NCBI GenBank assembly: GCA_965261425.1
Contig: OZ253452.1
Span: forward strand, 673,160-737,159
From: Candidatus Spongiihabitans sp.
GTDB lineage: Bacteria > Pseudomonadota > Gammaproteobacteria > Arenicellales > Poriferihabitantaceae
Direction of reading: 5' to 3'
DNA length: 64,000 bases
Shown: positions 58,951 to 64,000 of the stretch, in pieces
How the letters are laid out: every line of letters begins with the position of its first letter
Position numbering within the stretch: position 1 is the first letter of the stretch
Notes under the pieces: model-generated
The model's input: only the letters and a program-made list of their open reading frames with translations
Told to the model about the DNA's origin: nothing
Databases searched by the model: none
Made by a program: the position numbers and the translations under genes

Positions 58951-59074
58951 ACCCGTCTTCCCCGCGTAGGAGACTGTGCAAAAAACCAACATCCGTCATT
59001 CCTGCGAAGCCTGTCCCCGCGCAGGCGGGGAGCAGGAATCCAGTGAAACACACAAACCCGCAAGGGTTTTCCGC
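58951..59074. repeat. Mosaic intergenic repeat (GAGACTGTGCAAAAAACCAACATCCGTCATTCCTGC, GC hairpin, GGAATCCAGTGAAAC…AAACCCGCAAGGGTTTTC)
   Basis: Modules shared with the other mosaic repeats. Located between the divergent argS and fbpA genes. Confidence 0.85.
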
Positions 59075-59150
59075 ATGGAACGCGCCCTATGGGTTCTTCT
59101 ACAGTCTTGCCACACTTCCGACAATGACGCAAAGGTTTAACAATATAATT

Positions 59151-59180
59151 GATAAATACTATTGCGAATCATTCTTATTT
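59151..59180. promoter_or_regulatory. Possible Fur box overlapping the fbpA promoter
   Basis: In GATAAATACTATTGCGAATCATTCTTATTT, the stretch TTGCGAATCATTCTT matches ATGATAATCATTATC at 10 of 15 positions. A TATAAT hexamer follows at about 59185-59190. Judged by eye only. Confidence 0.3.
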
Positions 59181-59239
59181 ACATTATAATTACGATTCTT
59201 TTATATTACTTTATTAAACTATCACCAATTAAACACATC

Positions 59240-60274
59240 ATGCAAACACATCTATCACGATTTAGAAATCTAGTTACCTTGATATTCTCCATCACATTGC
59301 TCCTATCTGCATCGCATTTTGCTTATGCCGATGAGGTAATCAATGTCTATTCCTATCGCAAACCACAGCTCATTCAGCCGATGTTTGATGAGTTCACTGC
59401 CGCCAGCGGAATCGTGGTCAATGTGGTATACGCCAAAAAAGGTATGCTGGAAAAGCTGCAAAGCGAGGGCATCAATAGTCCGGCTGATTTGGTATTTACC
59501 GTTGATATTGGGCGCTTATCGGATATTAAAAATGCCGCTTTAACGCAACCGACTCAATCCTCCGTGTTGAACGACAACATTCCTGCAAATATGCGTGATG
59601 ATGAAAATCACTGGTTTGGATTAACTTCCAGAGCGCGTATTATCGTTGTCTCAAAGGACCGTGTTGCTGATTCGGCACTCGCCTACGAAGACCTTATCAA
59701 CCCAAAATTCAAGGGGAAAATCTGCACCCGCTCGGGGAAACACGCCTACATGGTGGCACTCACGTCTGCTATGATAGCCCATCACGGGGTAGCGGAAGCG
59801 GAGAAGTGGCTCGGTGGCTTGAAAGCTAATCTGGCTCGGACACCCGAAGGCAATGATCGTGCTCAGGTAAAAGCCATCAAAGAAGGTGTTTGTGATGTTG
59901 CGATAATCAACCATTATTACATGTATAAAATGCTCAGCGACCCGAAACAAAAGCCTTGGGCTGATGCGGTGAATGTCATTTTCCCGAATCAGAATAACCG
60001 CGGCACTCACATGAACATCAGCGGTATGGCGATGACAAAACACGCGCCGAATAAACAGAACGCAGTAAAACTCATGGAATTCCTTGCTGGCAAAAAAGCA
60101 CAGGGGATGTATGCCCAGCTCAATGGTGAATACACGGTCAGAACCGACATCCCGATGAGCGATTTGGTCAAAAACTGGGGGATGTTTAAGCGTGATGATC
60201 TGGGGCTAACCGAAGTGGCAGCACATCGGCGGGAAGCATCGAAAATGGCAGATCGTGTCGGTTACAACGACTAA
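59240..60274 (+). CDS. fbpA: Fe(3+) ABC transporter periplasmic binding protein
   Basis: The start is set at MQTHLSRFRNLVTLIFSITLLLSASHFAYA (signal peptide). The mature part, DEVINVYSYRKPQLIQPMFDEF…, is typical of FbpA/AfuA-type proteins. Confidence 0.85.
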   Translation: MQTHLSRFRNLVTLIFSITLLLSASHFAYADEVINVYSYRKPQLIQPMFDEFTAASGIVVNVVYAKKGMLEKLQSEGINSPADLVFTVDIGRLSDIKNAALTQPTQSSVLNDNIPANMRDDENHWFGLTSRARIIVVSKDRVADSALAYEDLINPKFKGKICTRSGKHAYMVALTSAMIAHHGVAEAEKWLGGLKANLARTPEGNDRAQVKAIKEGVCDVAIINHYYMYKMLSDPKQKPWADAVNVIFPNQNNRGTHMNISGMAMTKHAPNKQNAVKLMEFLAGKKAQGMYAQLNGEYTVRTDIPMSDLVKNWGMFKRDDLGLTEVAAHRREASKMADRVGYND

Positions 60275-60342
60275 TGCACGACAACATCGGTAATAACCTA
60301 TCGTCGATAACACATCGCCGATAGGTTTCCGATAACGAATAG

Positions 60343-62082
60343 ATGCGCCGATTAGAGGGAGGCACTCTAATTTTTAAACCATATACGTTCAGGCGCGTAC
60401 AATACAACCCTTGGCGAATCGGCACGACTGTCATCGTCTTGCTGGCAATATTGCCGGTTCTTGCCATTGTGTGGCTGGCGTTTTTTCCTGTTGAAAACAT
60501 CTGGCCCCATTTAATCAGTACCGTTTTACCGCGCTACCTTGCCAACACGATGATTCTGATGCTCGGGGTCGGCATCTCGGTTTTCCTTATCGGCGTATCG
60601 ACCGCGTATCTGGTCAGCACCTATGCCTTTCCATTGTGCCGATATTTTGAATGGCTGTTAATTCTCCCACTTGCGGTTCCGGCTTACGTCATCGCCTATC
60701 TATACACCGACCTGCTGGAATTTTCCGGTCCGCTTCAAGCAACGATACGCCACCTATTTGACTGGCAGGCTGGCGACTACTGGCTCCCTAAAGTGCGTAG
60801 CATGGGTGGTGCCATCACGTTGATGGGACTGGTTTTATACCCGTATGTCTATCTCATGGCACGCGCCTCATTTCTGGAGCAATCGCCACATCTGCTTGAT
60901 GTCAGCCGCCTGATGGGGCGGTCACGGTTCAACACCTTCCTGTTTGTGTCTTTACCGATTGCCCGACCCGGCATTGCCATTGGCGTCGCCTTAGCCCTGA
61001 TGGAGACCCTGAATGATTTTGGCACGGTGGATTATTTTGCCATACACACTTTAACCGCCGGCATATTCGATGTTTGGCTTAACATGAATAATCTGGGCGG
61101 GGCAGCACAAATCGCGCTGGTGATGTTGGGCTTTGTGTTGTTGCTCATCGGTCTGGAATATATCGGGCGAAAACGAACCGCCTTTTACCAAAACGTGGGC
61201 AGATTCACGCATCCGGACAAGATTCAGTTGAGCGGTGTTGCGAAATGGACTGCATTCATTATTTGTTTCGCGCCGGTTGTGGCTGGATTTTTTATTCCAA
61301 CTGGCTTGCTGATCAATTATGGCATTCTCTATTTTGAACAATCATGGACGGCTCAATTTCGCGGATACGCGCTTAACAGCCTTTCCGTTTCCGCGATTGC
61401 GGCATTGTGTTGTGTGCTCATAGCGATATTGGTCGGCTACACAAAACGCCTTGAAGGGAATCGGTTCATTGCCGCCGCAAAGCTCGCATCAATGGGTTAT
61501 GCCGTTCCCGGTGCGGTGCTTGCTGTGGGCATCATCATTCCGCTGGCAGCCTTTGACAATGCGGTGGATGGCTTTTTTCGCGCCAATTTCAACGTCTCCA
61601 CCGGTTTGCTTTTAAGCGGCACCACCTTCGCGCTGATACTCGCCTATATAATCCGCTTTCTGGCAATATCCATCGGCAGTATCGAATCCAGTTTCTCCAA
61701 AATTTCAACCTCGGTGGATATGGCAGCGCGTACCCTCGGGCATCCCCCATCGAGAACCTTGCTGCGGTATCATTTGCCGTTAATTAAGGGCGGTATTTTC
61801 ACTGCTGCCCTGATTGTCTTTGTCGATTGTATGAAAGAATTACCCGCGACACTGTTGCTACGCCCATTCAATTTTGAGACCCTAGCAACCCATGTTTATC
61901 TGTTTGCCTCAGATGAGATGATTGAGCAAAGTGCCCTCGGGGCATTATTGATTATCTTGGCTGGATTGATTCCGGTGATTGTATTAAGCCGAACAATTTC
62001 GTATTCTCAAGTTTTACCCTATCAACCCAAGTCAACCACGTCTCAATTGATGCCATCGCAATCTGCCAATGCCAATCCTTAA
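60343..62082 (+). CDS. fbpB: Fe(3+) ABC transporter permease (duplicated, 12-TM type)
   Basis: 579-aa polytopic ORF with two MalFG-type halves, lying between the binding-protein and ATPase genes. The exact start is uncertain. Confidence 0.85.
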   Translation: MRRLEGGTLIFKPYTFRRVQYNPWRIGTTVIVLLAILPVLAIVWLAFFPVENIWPHLISTVLPRYLANTMILMLGVGISVFLIGVSTAYLVSTYAFPLCRYFEWLLILPLAVPAYVIAYLYTDLLEFSGPLQATIRHLFDWQAGDYWLPKVRSMGGAITLMGLVLYPYVYLMARASFLEQSPHLLDVSRLMGRSRFNTFLFVSLPIARPGIAIGVALALMETLNDFGTVDYFAIHTLTAGIFDVWLNMNNLGGAAQIALVMLGFVLLLIGLEYIGRKRTAFYQNVGRFTHPDKIQLSGVAKWTAFIICFAPVVAGFFIPTGLLINYGILYFEQSWTAQFRGYALNSLSVSAIAALCCVLIAILVGYTKRLEGNRFIAAAKLASMGYAVPGAVLAVGIIIPLAAFDNAVDGFFRANFNVSTGLLLSGTTFALILAYIIRFLAISIGSIESSFSKISTSVDMAARTLGHPPSRTLLRYHLPLIKGGIFTAALIVFVDCMKELPATLLLRPFNFETLATHVYLFASDEMIEQSALGALLIILAGLIPVIVLSRTISYSQVLPYQPKSTTSQLMPSQSANANP

Positions 62083-63112
62083 AGTAGAAAACATCAGTTG
62101 CGACTACCAAAACCAAAGCGCGGTCAAATCAGTATCCTTTGAACTCGAAGAAGGTAGCCTCGCCTGTTTGTTGGGTCCCAGCGGTTGCGGAAAAACGACT
62201 ATATTGCGTGCCATTGCTGGATTCCACGACCTTCTCAACGGCGCAATCACCCTGAACAACATCTGCATTTCCAGCCCCAAGTACAATATCCCGCCGGAAC
62301 AACGTAATATCAGCATGGTGTTTCAGGACTTCGCTTTGTTTCCGCACCTAACGGTAGAAAAAAATATCGCCGCTGGCTTATATGGTCATGCTAAAAGCAC
62401 CATCAACAACACCGTGTCAGAAATGCTCGACTATGTGCGTTTAACCGGCTTGAGCAAACGCTATCCGCATGAATTATCGGGTGGACAACAACAACGAGTC
62501 GCCTTAGCGCGTGCCTTAGCACCAAAACCACGATTGTTGTTGATGGACGAACCGTTTTCCAACCTAGACCTAGAGCTACGCGAAAAACTCGGCGGAGAGG
62601 TGCGGGATTTATTAAAAAATATCGGCACCACCTGTCTTTTAGTCACCCACGATCAACAAGATGCGTTCACGTTTAGCGATGAAGTCGGGGTAATGAAAGA
62701 GGGAAAATTTGAGCAATGGGACACTCCGTATGACCTGTATCACAAACCTGCCACCCGCTTTGTTGCCGATTTTATCGGTGATGGCGTATTCCTTGATGCC
62801 ACGATTTTGAGCCCAACCACCATCCGCTCCGAACTGGCAGTGCTTAGCGGCAAACTTGCCGATGGGGTCTGCCAAGGGCAAGCCATCCAATTGCTGGTTC
62901 GCCCCGATGACATCATCCACGATGATGACAGCACAATGACTGCTAAAATCAAGAAAAAAACATTTCGTGGCGAAAGCTATCTATACACACTGGAACTACC
63001 CAGCGGCAACGAAATTCTATCGCTCGTGCCCTCCCACCACAACCACGCCATCGGCGAAAATCTCGGCATAAAACTGGAAATAAATCACCTGATTTATTTT
63101 GATGATGCCTGA
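62069..63112 (+). CDS. fbpC: Fe(3+)/spermidine-type ABC transporter ATP-binding protein
   Basis: Walker A GPSGCGKTT, signature LSGGQQQRVALARAL, Walker B LLLMDEP, and a C-terminal TOBE-like domain. Confidence 0.92.
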   Translation: MPILKVENISCDYQNQSAVKSVSFELEEGSLACLLGPSGCGKTTILRAIAGFHDLLNGAITLNNICISSPKYNIPPEQRNISMVFQDFALFPHLTVEKNIAAGLYGHAKSTINNTVSEMLDYVRLTGLSKRYPHELSGGQQQRVALARALAPKPRLLLMDEPFSNLDLELREKLGGEVRDLLKNIGTTCLLVTHDQQDAFTFSDEVGVMKEGKFEQWDTPYDLYHKPATRFVADFIGDGVFLDATILSPTTIRSELAVLSGKLADGVCQGQAIQLLVRPDDIIHDDDSTMTAKIKKKTFRGESYLYTLELPSGNEILSLVPSHHNHAIGENLGIKLEINHLIYFDDA

Positions 63113-63132
63113 TGGGATATTTTTCTGCCTGT

Positions 63133-63328
63133 GCGACTGTGCAAGAAACCCACGCTAAGCATGTGTTACATGCGGAAAACCCTTGCGGGTTTGGCTATTT
63201 TACTGGGTTCCTGCTTTCGCAGGAATGACGCATATTGGATTTTTGCACAGTCTCTTCCGCAGGAATGACGGACTAGGTTGCTTCTCAATTATCAATTATC
63301 AATTTTCCATTTTCAATTTTCAATTTCC
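63133..63328. repeat. Mosaic intergenic repeat plus heptamer runs (CAATTAT x2, TTTCAAT variants)
   Basis: GCGACTGTGCAAGAAACCC…GGAAAACCCTTGCGGGTTTGGCTATTTTACTGGGTTCCTGCTTTCGCAGGAATGACG…TTTTTGCACAGTCTC…, followed by ctcaattatcaattatcaattttccattttcaattttcaatttcc. The hairpin and T-run just after fbpC could terminate transcription. Confidence 0.85.
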
Positions 63329-63653
63329 AATAAGTTATGCTACAGTAACACCGTCAGTGAGGTGTTTACACTCCGCAAATAAGTCGCACAAATAACCCAT
63401 TTAACTGGAGGAGATTCCGAATGAAATCATTGTTTACCATAAAAACCCTTAATAATCATATAGTTGCCCCCCCGACATTATGGCAGTCTTTAGCCAATCT
63501 TTGTAATTACAAAAACACTCTCTCTCTCCTTTCAACAAAGATAGTAAAAAAAATAAAAACACATTGCTGACAAGCAGAGTAGCTTCCAACCTCCAACCTC
63601 CATTCTCAATTAAATAAACTATCTTTGGAGCAATAATTTTCAATTCCAAGACG

Positions 63654-63884
63654 ATGAAAACTCAAACAGCATTTAGAATCAATACCGATTTATTAGAAAA
63701 ATTAAAAGAAAAAGCTTTGTCTCAAAAAAGAAGTCTGAACGATTATGTTGAGTATTTATTCTATAAAGATGTTAGGGATATCCCAAACAAAACAACGAGA
63801 AAATCAATAGATGACGCTAGGAAAGGGGTTGATTTAAAAACAATTACAGATTTAGAAGAGTATAAAAAATCTTTTATTGAATAG
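63654..63884 (+). CDS. ribbon-helix-helix (CopG/Arc-like) antitoxin-like protein
   Basis: TAFRINTDLLEKLKEKALSQKRSLNDYVEYLF is a typical RHH beta-strand plus helix pattern. The C-terminal IPNKTTRKSIDDARKG…TDLEEYKKSF resembles antitoxin tails. No toxin partner was identified. Confidence 0.45.
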   Translation: MKTQTAFRINTDLLEKLKEKALSQKRSLNDYVEYLFYKDVRDIPNKTTRKSIDDARKGVDLKTITDLEEYKKSFIE

Positions 63885-64000
63885 TAGTTAATGTTTTAAA
63901 AAAATAAACTATCTTTGGCAAATAATTTAAACCAATTAAACACCCATACTTATGAAACCCATTATACACCCACCCAAAGAAACACCTATGACTGACAAAA

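Noticed and set aside
58847-59132. Short ORFs reading through mosaic repeats (also 2514-2794, 3068-3265, 11357-11684, 14907-15140, 63183-63395)
   Set aside because: Their peptides (…AGMTDVGFLHSLL…, …YWVPAFAG…, CGCLCPAGACALRVLVP…) are just translations of the dispersed repeat modules in whichever frame is open. There is no start context or coding signature.

Overview
This 64-kb window looks like a gammaproteobacterium-type chromosome. Conserved housekeeping blocks: gatB / tRNA-Arg / uvrB; a cobalamin nucleotide-loop operon (cbiX-cobU-cobT-cobC-cobS); sugE, a radical-SAM gene and malic enzyme; aroC, leuCD, trpBA; tsf-rpsB / map-glnD; hemYXDC, a SPOR protein and argS; fbpABC. Between them lie accessory genes (iolEDC with a distant iolB, Doc/Phd, HicBA) and an ~11.7-kb sugar/polyol uptake and catabolism cluster bracketed by insertion sequences. 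The most unusual feature is the load of very small mobile or repeated DNA and what it has hit. (1) A 17-nt cassette, CTTGTGCCCTGYGGGTA, occurs three times as a frame-breaking insertion inside transposase genes: once in an otherwise intact IS110-family gene and twice, in opposite orientations, in a decayed ISNCY-like gene. Removing it restores the reading frame each time. It also occurs as a 5.6-copy tandem array upstream of uvrB. (2) A nested hairpin-module element exists in 45-, 95- and 143/145-nt forms. It is TA-flanked and its stems carry compensatory substitutions. It has landed in the non-coding left end of a second IS110 copy and in the ISNCY-like ORF. (3) Both IS110 copies sit at the same position of a CCTTGCCCCCCT|TATCAG palindromic repeat, as expected for guide-RNA-directed targeting. 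(4) A GC-rich IS630-family element with an A7 slippery run truncates the second IS110 copy. Almost every intergenic region also carries mosaic repeat modules and heptamer-periodic tandem repeats. No rRNA genes and no CRISPR array were seen. Product calls rest on recognisable motifs in the supplied translations; no database search was possible.
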